A stretch of DNA of 64,000 nucleotides. It comes from the human T2T-CHM13v2.0 reference genome, Homo sapiens. The DNA lies in assembly GCF_009914755.1 (NCBI RefSeq), contig NC_060932.1. The stretch is one strand, 5' to 3'. A model generated the notes under the pieces. The model did no database searches and had not been told where the DNA came from. It saw nothing but the letters and a program-made list of their open reading frames with translations. Positions within the stretch are counted from its first letter, which is position 1; each line of letters opens with the position of its first letter. This document shows, piece after piece, positions 17,696-48,593 of the stretch. Both the position numbers and the translations under genes were made by a program.

Positions 17696-18105
17696 TGAAG
17701 TAGCAGAAGGACCAGGTGTTTCTCTGTATTTTGATGCATTGACGACTTGAGGCCTTGTGGACCCTTGAAGGATGGCCCCTCTCAGTGTTAGCTAATTCCT
17801 AGAGATAGTAAACAGCACTTTGTGGATTGAGCCTTTCAAATACAAACCAACCGAGTGCGCTCCCTCACCACCTTCATTATTGAGCTCTCACACTCTGGAC
17901 ACTATTTTCCCAACTTAATCATTCAAGGACAAAGTAACCGACAATTAGGGACAGCCCTTATGCCTCAGAGCCCGCTTAGCATTGGCTTAGCAGCCAATGC
18001 TAAGCCTGCTTGTCATTCCTTTCCTGTTCCTTCCCATGGAAAATACAATTAAGGCTGTTACCCACATTTTCCTCTTGCTCCTGCCTCCTGACCAAACCTA
18101 CTACC
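17696..18105 (+). mobile_element. Old ERVL-class LTR fragment (MER54/73/74-like)
   Basis: Motifs GCTAATTCCTAGAGATAGTAAACA, CAAATACAAACCAACC and CCTTCCCATGGAAAATACAATTAAGGCT resemble this LTR group as recalled. Confidence 0.5.
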
Positions 18106-18439
18106 TTTAAAACACTAGGACATGCCTGTAATCCTAGCACTTTGGGAGACCGAGGTGGGCGGATCACTTGAGCTCAAGAGTTTGAGGTGAGCCTGGGCAA
18201 CATGGTGAAACCTGTCTCTACAAAAAATACAACAGATTAGCCAGACATTGTGGCATGTATCTGTAGTCCCAGCTACTCAAGAGGCTGAAGTGAAGGATCA
18301 CTTGAGCCTGGGAGGTTAGGGCTGCAGTGAGCTGTGATGGTGCCACTGCACTCCAGGCTGGGCAACAGAGTAAGACCCTGTCTCAAAAACAAAACAAAAC
18401 AAAAAAACACTATGAAAGTGTGGTAGCTTTGAAGCCAAG

Positions 18440-20025
<1,586 letters not shown>

Positions 20026-21809
20026 TTAGTTCTCAGATAACAGAATTGTTGATTGCTCTAGAAGCTGCTGGCAGGTCAAGTGGGATGAGCACTGGGAATT
20101 AACCATCAGATTCCATAATTGGATGGCACCGTAAACAGGGAAAACATAATGAAAGTGGAGAAGAGTAAGCTTTAGACCAAACACTTTAAGTGGTTGAACT
20201 TTGTCCTCAACAGGAGAAAGAAGCCCAGTTCCAAATTTAAATTACAGGGGAGATAGCATGAAAATGTCAAGGCAACAATGTTCCCAGGGCGCATAATGGG
20301 TTTTTCTGTGTGTGCATGTGTGTGAGTGTGCTTTGATCGCAGGTACTGAGCTTCCTGCTAGTGGGAGGGTCCATGAATGTCTTGGCTATTGAGGCCCCAC
20401 AACTCTGAGGGTTAAAAAGTCAAGTGGATTAAAATGGATCTGATTTTCATGTTACAGAGAGAACATATTAGTTTTTTTGCTGTACTAACTTCTTAGTACA
20501 GACTAAAAGAGCAGATCAGTTTAATGAAAAGACAAGAAAAATAAATCAGGAAAGGATTCAGAGAAGTGGGATTTCAATTTGGCCTTAAGGGAGGACAGGA
20601 TGTTGAAAGGTGGAGGAGAGATGTGGTATCTCAGGTGGAGAAACAACCAGGGCAGTGGCAATAGTGCACCTGAGAGGCGGCTTGGCTGAGTGTGGGCATC
20701 CACTGGAGAGAGATGGGAAATCATTCAGGAGGTATCAGTGGAGGCTGGGTTCTGGTAGGTTGTGAAAATCAGGCCGTGGTGTTTGGGCTTGGCATCCTTG
20801 GCCAGGGTGGTAAATGGACCATTTTCTGCTATAACTACCTATGGTAGTTACACCAACATGGGATGACAAGACTTTTTTTCTGCTGAACTTGGATATGGTC
20901 TTAGAAATGGCTCTTCAGATAATCATTACTGGCAATCAATATGAAACTTACTACCAATCTGGTGGTAGGCAAAAGGAAGCAAATGCAGGTTTTCTCAATC
21001 AGTAAGGACATAATAAATGTGGTGTTTAAGAAATATTGATATTTAGGATAGGTCAGCTAGAGGCTGTTGCTAAGTATATAATGCTGAGGTCACTAGAACT
21101 CAGCAGACAAACTTGGGGAAAGTTTAATAATTTGATGATAATATTAGAGTTTTTCTCTGCACTGGTAAGAAATTTCAGTTAGGTTATTGTGTCAGGTCCC
21201 TTTGTGAGAAAAACAGTCTCATTTTGGCTTGTCAAGTTACAGTGGCTTGAGAGTAGATAAGGATAGTATATTATGATTCTTCTTTATTTCCTCTTCTGTT
21301 TTTTTTTTTTGTTTTGTTTTTTTGTTTTTTTTTTGAGGCAGAGTCTCGCTCTTGTCATCCAGGCTGGAGTGCAGTGGTGTGATCTCAGCTCACTGCAACC
21401 TCCGCCTCTTGGGTTCAAGCAATTCTCTGCCTCAGCCTCCCAAGTAGCTGGGATTACAGGTGGCCGCCACCATACCTGGCTAATTTTTCTATTTTTAGTA
21501 GAGGGAGGGTTTCACCATTTTGGCCAGGCTGGTATTGAATTCCCGACCTTGTGATCCACCTGCCTTGGCCTCCTGAAGTGTTGGGATTACAGGCGTGAGC
21601 CACCGCACCTGGCCCCCTGCATTTTTTTTTTTAAGACAGTGTCTCATTCTGTTGCCCAGGCTGTATTACAGTGGTGCCATCATAACTCACTGAAGCCTTA
21701 ACCTCCTGGCTCAAGTGATCCTCCCATCTCATCCTCCTGAGTAGTTGAGGCTACAGGCACGAACCAGAATGCCAGCTTTTTTTTTTTTCTCTTAACTACT
21801 TTTTCTCCT

Positions 21810-24382
<2,573 letters not shown>

Positions 24383-25239
24383 TAGAGACTAGGTATCACT
24401 ATGTTGTCCAAGCTGGTCTCAAAGTCTTGGGTTCAAGCCATCCTCCTGCCTCAGCCTCCCAAAGTGTTAGGATTACAGAAGTGAGCTTCGGCGCCCAGCC
24501 TGTATTACTTTCCTTTTTCTTTCTTTCTTTTTTTTTTTGAAATGGAGTCTCCCTCTGTTGCCCAGGCTGGAGTGCAGCGATTTCTGCTCACTGCAGCCTC
24601 ACCTCTTGGGCTCACGTGACCCTCCCACCTCAGCATCCCTAGCTGTTCAAATTTATTGTCCAACTCTTTTGAATCGTTTATCAACGCAAATCTGTCAATG
24701 CCCACTTATTTTTATTTATTTTTTTGAGGCGGAGTCTCGCTCTGTTGTCCAGGCTGGAGTGCAGTGGCGCAATCGCGGCTCATTGCCCCTCCGCCTCCCC
24801 GGTTCAAACGATTCTCGTGCCTCAGCCTCCCAAATAGCTGGGATTACAGGCGCGCGCCACCACGTCCGGCTAATTTTTGTATTTTTAGTAGAGACGGGGT
24901 TTCGCCATGTTGGCCAGGCTGGTTTCGAACTCCTGACCTCGGGTGATCCGATCGCCTCGGCCTCCCAAAGTGCTGGGATTACAGACGTGAGCCACCGCGC
25001 CCGGCCCTCATGAACTTATTCTTTAGCGTTTCATTTTGAGAGCGGGATTCACAAGGGAATTGCGGAAACAGCAGCGAGGCCCCGCGACCCCTCGGCCCAC
25101 GTGCGCGCTGTCCCTCGGGTCGCCCCGCGCCCGCCGGGGGCGGAGTCCGCTGTGACGCGTGCAGGGCGGCGCGCTCCCGGAAGTGACGCGCGACGGTTCG
25201 TGCGTGCGTGCGGGCGGCTGCGTCGGGCTGCAGGAGAAG

Positions 25240-25255
25240 ATGGCGGTCTCCACAG
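25240..25255 (+). CDS. UBE2V2: UBE2V2 (MMS2, ubiquitin-conjugating enzyme E2 variant 2) coding exon 1
   Basis: ATGGCGGTCTCCACAG|GT encodes MAVST plus a phase-1 G; joins exon 2 to give [19 protein letters not shown], the known UBE2V2 N-terminus. Confidence 0.95.
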
Positions 25256-25604
25256 GTCGGTTCCCGGGCCGGGCTGCGTGATTTTCCGCTCCGACCCGGC
25301 TCTGCCCCTCCGTCTGCTGCTGGCGCCCGAGCGCTGACCGTGCGGGAGAAGCCCGAGTGCGCTGTCTCGAATGCCGCGCTCTCCGCAGAGCGTAGCCTGG
25401 GACCGGGTGGGACCGGCGCCGAGGCCCCGGCGGCCGTCGGGTTGGCGGGTCGTGCTCGCGCGTCGGCCGCGCGCCGGCGGGCTGGGGGCGGGGTGGCTCC
25501 CGCGCGGGCGCCCCCGTAGGTTCCGGCGGGCGCGGGTCCGAGTTGTAGGCTGAAGGCTCTACGGGAGGGAGGCGAGGAGGCCCAAGGTGGGCGGGTGTCA
25601 ACCT

Positions 25605-25656
25605 CCGGCACCGAAGATGGGTCAGGCCAACCGGCACCGAAGATGGGTCAGGCCAA
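25605..25656. repeat. Perfect 26-bp tandem duplication
   Basis: CCGGCACCGAAGATGGGTCAGGCCAA at 25605-25630 and 25631-25656. Confidence 0.97.
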
Positions 25657-26030
25657 GAGGTGTCCTGGATCAGAGTAGGGGTCCCATTCCTTTGGACTCT
25701 CCTTGACATGGGTTGGGGAGTAGAGGACGATTGCTCCTTAAAATAAGAGCGAGAGGATCTTTCTTACCTGACTGAATACGTGTGATCTTTTTATTATTTA
25801 TGAGGAAAACTGCAGTGCAAACAAAATAAAAGACCAGAGCAAGATGAAAGCTAATTGAAGAACAAGTGGTTTCTTAGATAAGCTGTTCAACTCCTCTTTC
25901 CTACTGAATACAATGTTTGGTTTCCTGTGAGCACACAAGTATTAACGTTGAGGTTTTAGACATTAGACCATTTCAGAAATGTTAAAAACGTTAAGCTTTA
26001 GTTTACATTTAAAAATGTTAACCCGTGTGA

Positions 26031-26375
<345 letters not shown>

Positions 26376-27120
26376 TGAAACAAGAGTATAGAGCAGTGTG
26401 ATTTAATAGTTTATGCCATCATTGCATAATAAAATGAATTTTCAAATCTATATGTACTGAAATGGAAGGCTTTGAATATATGTTGTAATTGTTGCTTTAG
26501 AGTAATACCTCAGGATACATTCTGCATACATTTTAATTAAGTGGTGTCTTTTACATCTTTATTACATATAGGTGTCATAGGTTTTAAGATCTTTAGCAGT
26601 TCTAGCGTTGGGGTAGTATACATACTTGGGTCAGCTAGCTAGTAAGGCAAGGATTGTTTTAAAAGTGGAATTTTAGTGTTATGACTTTACTGTGCTTGCT
26701 GAAATCTAATCTGTGCTCGTTAACGGGGCCATATCTTTATAACAGTTGTGCTTAGGACCTCTTATAGATTTTTGAAAATTTAGTAATAAAATAATGCATT
26801 TTAATTTAATACTTTTCATTTTCCTTTTGTGGGTTGCATTATTAAACACAATTTTTTCATAACACTATACATGAGTGTATGTTAATATTTTGAAAAGACC
26901 AAAGGTTAGATGATATTAATGGCAAATACTTTTTGTTAATCACTTTTAGTTGTTTTGGAAGTTGAATATAAATTATAAAGATTACTGATAAATTATTAGC
27001 ATATTGTACATAGGGAGTCTGTATTTTTTTTTTTTTTTTGAGATGGAGTCTCGCTGCATTGCCCAGGCTGGAGTGCAGTGGCATGATCTTGGCTCACTGC
27101 ACCCTCCTCACCTCAGGTGA

Positions 27121-27366
<246 letters not shown>

Positions 27367-27417
27367 TAGTAGAGACGGGGTTTCACCATATTGGCCAGGA
27401 TGGTCTTGATCTCTTGA

Positions 27418-27822
<405 letters not shown>

Positions 27823-28769
27823 TAGTTTTAATTTTACTATTAGCTATACTTTTGTTTGCTTTTTGGTAACATGGGAAGTAAATAGTACCTGTGTATTTGT
27901 GAAAGCAGCATGATACAGCTTAAAATTTAAAATTAGATGAGCTACATCGATGTAATGCACGTGTTTGTTTGAAACGGAGTCTCGCCTTGTTGCTCAGGCT
28001 GGAGTGCAATGGTGCGATCTCGGCTGACTGCAGCCTCTTCCTCCTGGGTTTAAGCAATTCTCCTGCCTCAGCATTCTGAGTAGCTGGGTTTACAGGCATG
28101 CACCACCACGCCCAGCTAATTTATTGTATATATATTTTTTCTAGTAGAGATGGGGTTTCACCATGTTGGCCAGGCTGGTCTCAAACTGCTAACCTCAGGT
28201 AATCCATCTGCTCCGGCCTCCCAAAGTTCTGGGATTACAGGCATAAACCACTGAGCTTGGTCTAATACACGTGTTTTTTATTTAAGCCAAAGTATCTCGA
28301 TAACAGTTGTTTAAGAGGCCAAAAAGAAAAACCCTGACAAATATGTTTTGATCTTTAGTTCAGTGTGCATCATATACCTTAGCCCCTTTAACCCTTCCTT
28401 CTACTGGAAGAGAATTTTGGAAGGAAAAAACTTTTAATTAGACTGAGACTTTTTGAGACGGAGTCTTGCTGTGTTGCCCAGGTTGGAATGCAGTGGCATG
28501 CGATCATGGCTCACTGCAGCCTCGACCTGCTGGGGTCAGGTGATCCTCCTACCTCAGCCTCCCGAGTAGCTGCGAACACAGGCACGCATTGCCACACCTG
28601 GCTAATTTTTAAATTATTTGTAGAGACAGGGTCTCCGTATGTTATCCAGTGTAGTCTGAACTCCTGGACTCAAGTGACCCTCCTGCCCTGGCCTGAGGTT
28701 AGGATTACAGGTTTGAGCCACTGTGCCTGGCCAGACGGAGACTTCTAAGCAGAAACATTTTTGGCCATC

Positions 28770-28905
28770 CCATCTGGTCTTCTTATTTTGCAGATGAGAA
28801 AACTGAGGCTCAAACAAGTAAAAGGCTATACATAGGTGGTTACTAGTACAGGCAAGACTAGAATCCAGGTCTTTTACCCTTAGTCTGATGCGCTCTCCAT
28901 TATGA
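28770..28905. mobile_element. MIR SINE fragment
   Basis: Core ATTTTGCAGATGAGAAAACTGAGGCTCA...GACTAGAATCCAGGTCT. Confidence 0.7.
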
Positions 28906-29342
28906 AGAACTCTGAATTTGGAATATTTCTCAGAACATGAATCTTAATTACTCCCTTTCACACTTCCCTTCTTAGCACAATCCTTGTTTCAGACTCTTAG
29001 ATCCTTCTTATGGATGAAAGGGGAACGTAGCCCTCACCAGCTAGGTTCTCCTTTTCCAAGAGACAGAGTTACCCATGCAATTCAAGAGTATTTCACAGGA
29101 CAGAGGTTAAGAAGCTACTCTCGGGAATAGAAATTTGATACTGTTTAGTACTCATGATTCAAAATTTTATTAGATTCCAGCATTAATAATAACAATTAGT
29201 TTAGATAGAAAAGTATGTGCAGGCCGGGTGGGGTGGCTCACACCTGTAATCCCAGCACTTTGGGAGGCCGAGGTGGGCGGATTACCTGAGGTCGGGAGGT
29301 TGAGACCAGCTGGACCAACATGGAGAAACCATGTCTCTACTA

Positions 29343-29501
<159 letters not shown>

Positions 29502-29541
29502 TCAGAAAAAAAAAGAAAAAAAGCGTGTGCAATAGTTTTAA

Positions 29542-29910
<369 letters not shown>

Positions 29911-30092
29911 TGAGCCACTGCATCTGGCTTCGCTGTTAATTTCTTATATTGGTATGGTACACTTGTCACAATTAAGGAACCAATATTGACACATTTATTA
30001 TTAACTAAAGTTCAGATTTCCTTAGTTTTTCTTTAATGTACTTTTGCTGTCCTAGGACTTCATCCAGGATACCACATTACATTGTAACGTGA

Positions 30093-30299
<207 letters not shown>

Positions 30300-31242
30300 T
30301 AGCCGGGATGGTCTCGATCTCCTGACCTCGTGATCCATCCGCCTCGGCCTCCCAAAGTGCTGGGATTACAGGCGTGAGCCACCGCGCCCGGCCCACATGA
30401 AACGTTTTACATTTATCACTTAGGTAATATTAATGGTACAGTGAAGCTCTAGTCTCTGACTGTAGATGCCTGGAAAATGTCTTTGAGTAATGAGAAACTC
30501 AGAAAAAATTGATGAAAGAATATGTTTTCTGCTATGTAGGCAGAAAACAAAACCAAAATATAACCTACTAATTGCCTTCTTCAGAAGTGGGTAGCATTGT
30601 ATATACTGGAAGAACTAGTTTAGCAGTGTTCTGAGTTCCCTGCTGCCCCTGACAGACTACTGTGCCACCATGGGCATGTCAGTTAATCACTAAACATTGC
30701 TTTTCCCATCCCATCTGTGAAAAGATTGGACAACATCATCTTGTTTTCCTCTTTAGATGAAGATACTTGGATATGGACAGAACTCGGGTGTGGTGATAGA
30801 AGAGAATTACATAGTTTAAATCATAACCTAGAACTTGGGAACTAAACGATAGAAGAGCTGAACTATGGTAGTCTAGTGTATTTCCCTCTTGAGGCTTCCA
30901 TAACTGGCCTGGTTGATTTTTCTAGGTCATTTGGGAGCCTGAATTCTCTTGATAAACATGCTTTTGATAATATGGTACAACCTCACTGTACAGGCAGTCC
31001 TTTGAACGGCAGTTGGCAGAGGTAAAAATGGCCATGCAAAAAACTACCCAAAGCAGTCTTAATAATTGGGAAAATTATGGTTATTCTGAGACCTTCAAAA
31101 ATGTCAACACATTAAGAACTCTCCCTGTTTAGAAATATGCAGGAAAGGGCCGGGCATGGTGGCTCACGCCTGTAATCCCAGCACTTTGGGAGGCTGAGGG
31201 GGGCGGATCACGAGGTCAGGAGATGGGAGACCATCCTGGCTA

Positions 31243-31482
<240 letters not shown>

Positions 31483-32194
31483 TTAGTATGTCATAATTTA
31501 AAGTATCAGATATTAAGAATTAAAATGTTTTATTTCATTAAAAAAAGCTTGTTGGCTGGGCGTGGTGGCTCACGCCCGTAATCCTAGCACTTTGGGAGGC
31601 CGAGGTGGGTGGTTCACGAAGTCAAGAGATCAAGACCATCCTGGCTAACATGGTGAAACCCCGTCTCTACCAAAAATACAAAAAACTAGCCGGGCGTGGT
31701 GACAGGCACCTGTAGTCCTGGCTACTGGGGAGACTGAAGCAGTAGAATGGCATGAACCCGGGAGGCGGAGCTTGCAGTGAGCTGAGATTGTGCCACTGCA
31801 CTCCAGCCCGAGTGACAGAGCGAGACTCCATCTCCAAAAAAAAAAAAAAAAAAAAATAAGGCTTGTCAAGAGTAGCTTGAGGCTGGGTGCAGTGGCTTCC
31901 ACCTGTAGTCCCAGCACTTTGGGAGGTCGAGGTGGGTGGATTACTAGAGCCTAGGAGTTCAAGACCAGCCTGGGCAATACAAGAAAATCCCATCTCTACA
32001 AAAAATGCAAAAATTAGCTGGGTGTGGTGATGTGCACCTGCAGTCCCAGCTACTTGGGAGGCTGAGGTAGAGTATGGGTTGAGCCTGGGAGGTTGAGGCT
32101 GCAGTGAGCTGTGATCGTGTCACTGCACTCCTGCCTGGGCGACAGAGCAAGACACTGTGTCAAAAAAAAAATTAATTTGAACAATGCTTGCTAA

Positions 32195-39990
<7,796 letters not shown>

Positions 39991-40343
39991 TTTCTTTAGA
40001 TATACTTTTTTTTTTTTTTGAGACAGAGTATTGCTCTATCGCCAGGCTGTAGTGCGGTGGCGCGATCTTGGCTCACTGCGACCTCCGCCTCCTGGGTTCA
40101 AGTGATTCTCCTGCCTCAGCCTCCTGAGTAGCTGTGACTACACGCACGCACCACCACGCTCAGCTGATTTTTGTATTTTTAGTAGAGACGGGGTTTCACC
40201 ATGTTTGCCAGGCTGGTCTTGAATTCCTGACATCAGGTGATCCACCTGCCTCGGCCTCCCAAAGTGCTGGGATCACAGGTGTGAGCCACCATGCCCAGCC
40301 TAACATGAAACTTGATAGAAGTGGATATGAGGCATTCAAACTA

Positions 40344-40511
<168 letters not shown>

Positions 40512-41058
40512 TTAGCCAGGCATGATGGTGCTTGCTTATAGCTCCAGCTACTTGGGAGGCTGAGGTGGGAGAATCACTTGAACCCAGGAGGCAGAGGTTG
40601 CATTGAGCCAAGATTGCGCCACTGTACTCCAGCTTGGGTGGCAGAATGAGACCCTGTCTCAAAAAAACAAACAAAAAAAATCAATGTTTGAAAGTTTGTT
40701 TCAAACGTAGTTCACTTTTTCAAAGGCTCTTTTTCAAAGAGCTGATTAAAATAAGTTTGACATATGTAAGATGGGACTTCAGGACTGGGTTTGGGAGTGC
40801 TTTATTCTTGTTTATAAAGTCTTAGCTGATTTGTGTGAGAGCAGATGGTATTTTCAGTAAGCTGGAACTCAGCAGCTGTTTCAAACCTTAGAAGGAGATA
40901 AATCCTTGTGGCTGTGTATAGGTACTTTTAAATAGAAATAGAAAAAACAGTTTAATAGAATATATGTTATGGATTGCCTGGACTCTAGACCAAGTTCATT
41001 TTATAGATGAGCAGTAGAAATACAGATATGAAATGGCTTTTGCAGGATTTTTTAGCTA

Positions 41059-41481
<423 letters not shown>

Positions 41482-41654
41482 TTACAGATAAATGCTGTTA
41501 AGGATCAAGACAAAATACTTGATAGAGTCTAAAGGCATTAATAGAATATTAAAACTCCATGTTCTTTTAAGGTGTGAAGGATTTTATTGAAATGAGTAAC
41601 AAAAATTTAGAAAAAGCGATTTCAGTGGCTAAATGCTGGTCAATATTCACATAA

Positions 41655-41924
<270 letters not shown>

Positions 41925-42246
41925 TAGCCAGGAGATGGTCTCGATCTCCTGACCCTCATGATCTGCCTGCCTCGGCCTCCCAAAGTGCTGGGATTACAGG
42001 CGTGAGCCACCATGCCTGGCCAGTGATTCTTATAAATCTGTGATTTTCTTTTCTTTTCTTTTTTTTTTTTGAGATGGAGTCTCACTCTGTCATCCAGGCT
42101 GGAGTGTAGTGGTGCGATCTCGGCTCACTGCAACTTGTGCAGGGTTCAAGCAATTCTCCTGCCTCAGCCTCCTGAGTAGCTGGGATTACAGGTGTGCACC
42201 ACCACACTTAGCTGATTATTATTTTTTTTTTTTTGTATTTTAGTAG

Positions 42247-42733
<487 letters not shown>

Positions 42734-43199
42734 TTATTGGGAGTGTTTTAAGTGTTTGATAGAAACGTATCTCTGTATCAGAGGTAGAATTTACAACCTG
42801 ATGAGTTATCCTAAACATTTCAGTATTGCAGCTGTTATTCCTAAAGTGACCCTTTAGAATATTTAGTACTGTTCCTTTCTTTTTTTTTTTCATTTTATTC
42901 TTCCTTTTACCTACTTCCCCAAGTAGGCTGCCTCTAGATAAAACTGTATATTATCGGGTAGGAAGAACTTGGTTCCAGGAGTTTTGGGACTGGGAAGATT
43001 GGACAACAGCTATGTAACCCGGGCTTCTTATTCTCTCTAGGGCTTATGAAGTGGTTACTAAAATCTAAAGTTCTATGGAAAAGGGCCAGTTTCCTCTAGG
43101 ATTTGACCACACCTTTGAGGGATGCTTCATAAGAAAGCTGAACTTCTGGTGGATGGAGATGTAAATGAATATTGAGTTTGGTTTCAGGGAGCTGTTGTT

Positions 43200-45780
<2,581 letters not shown>

Positions 45781-46583
45781 ATTTAAATGCAGATTCTGGC
45801 TTTTTGTATGTAGCTCATCATCTAGCTGGTACTTTGTTTTAAAAACAATAATGTTCAGGCCAGGTGCAGTAGGAGGCCAAGGTAGGCAGATCACTTGAGG
45901 TCAGGAGTTTGAGAGCAGCCTGGGCAACGTACCGAGATCCTGTCTCTACAAAAAAATAAAAAAATTAGCTGGGCACAATGCTGTGTGCCTATAGTTCCAG
46001 CTCCTCAGGAGGCTAAGGCAGGAGGATCACTTGTGCCCAGAAGTTCGAGGTTGCAGTGAGACATGATTGTACCACTGCCCACCAGCCTGGGCAACAGAGT
46101 AAGACCCTGTCTCTAAAATGAACACACAAACATCAGAGAACCATGTTTCATGCAGGATATGGTCAGAAACTAAAATATAAATGAATAAAAACAACCTGAT
46201 GAAGTACTGTGAATTCTAGTTGATGCTCTGGTTGTGATTACTGTATGACAGAAGGGCAGGAGTCTGAGCTCTTCTTGCCAGGTGAGGTTTAATCTCACTA
46301 AAAAAAGTTCGATAGCCAGATACCATGCATACTGTAAACAGTTTTATTCTTTGGAAGTAGTATAATTATGCCAGAGGTTTTTCAATTTATGGATTGGAAT
46401 GTTCTTGAAAAGTACAGACAGTGCATTGCTTGGTGTACTGCTCTTCATGCCATTGTCATCTGCTACCTAAATTATTGATTGTTGTTTACTAAACAGTACT
46501 GATGTAAATGGTTATGTCCTCAGAGGAAATACTTATGTTATTGAGAAGTCTTTAATTTTCTCAAGTTTTTACCTCATAAACAG

Positions 46584-46664
46584 TGATTTGGAGAGATATC
46601 TGTTTATTTTGCTTAATATGGCTTTCTGACTGTGGAAGCCAGCTACAGCTTCCTGGACTCACAG
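46584..46664 (+). other. UBE2V2: Candidate in-frame alternative (cassette) exon of UBE2V2, 81 nt
   Basis: TTTTTACCTCATAAACAG| acceptor and CAG|GTGAGC donor; phase 1-1; no stop in the UBE2V2 frame (VIWRDICLFCLIWLSDCGSQLQLPGLT). Confidence 0.45.
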
Positions 46665-47286
46665 GTGAGCAGTTATGCCCATTTAATAGTCTCCGTTAGA
46701 AGACCTCACATCTTTTAAAGTGCATGCCATCCTAATTTTACTTAGAAATTAAAACTAGAGAGGAACCAGAATATATTAGCTTACTTAACTTTCTTCCACT
46801 CCCTAGTGTATTCTAAGGGAAGTCTCCCTTGATAGTTCTGCAATAAACATTCTTAGCTACCTCACTGGAGAATGTGAAGTAACTGCTACATTCATTGGCT
46901 TATCTCATTGGGATATCTGTAGTGTATCCAGGTGAAATCTTCTGCAATAACTTACTGCATTATATTTGGATGTATTCACTTACATGGTTGTCTTCCCCAC
47001 GAGATAGTAATGTCCTGGGGAAAGGATTCTGTGTTCAGTATCAGCAACATCTGCTGTCAGTTTATACATATTGAGAGAAAGATTAAAAACAAACATTTGC
47101 CATAAATTCACCAGGTGTTTATCAAGTGCCTGTTGTGTCATCATTTTCTATGGTACAGTTTCTTTCTATGTCAGAGATTTAATAATGAGAAAATAAAGGA
47201 CTCAAGTAAAACCTAGCTTTTCAGGCTGGGCGCAGTGGCTCACGCTTCTAATCCCAGCATGTTGGGAGGCCCAGGCAGGCAGATCA

Positions 47287-47526
<240 letters not shown>

Positions 47527-47529
47527 CTA

Positions 47530-48197
<668 letters not shown>

Positions 48198-48404
48198 CTA
48201 ACAAATAGATTCTAAATGAACTCTCCATATAGGTGGTGATTTTTTGGCAGTGGCTGGGGGTAGGGTGGTTTTGGTTACAACCTAAAGAGTAACAGTAGTA
48301 TGATTAATTTCTCCTGTATGTAATGTATTCTCCACACCACAGAATTGAGATACTTTGCAAATCCTCTAATCCAGAGGTTTTTCCACTTGTGTTTGAAAGT
48401 GTAG

Positions 48405-48593
<189 letters not shown>

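Larger units (their letters stand above)
25040..25660 (+). promoter_or_regulatory. UBE2V2: CpG-island promoter of UBE2V2
   Basis: Very GC- and CpG-rich, TATA-less; E-box CACGTG 25098-25103; GC box 25137-25145; half-CRE TGACG 25153-25157; ETS CCGGAAGTG 25177-25185 overlapping TGACG; YY1-like AAGATGGCGG 25237-25246. Confidence 0.9.

Noticed and set aside
24979-25709. 210- and 228-aa minus-strand ORFs and overlapping plus-strand ORFs at the promoter
   Set aside because: Arg/Pro/Ala/Gly-rich frames expected from stop-poor CpG-island sequence; no domain
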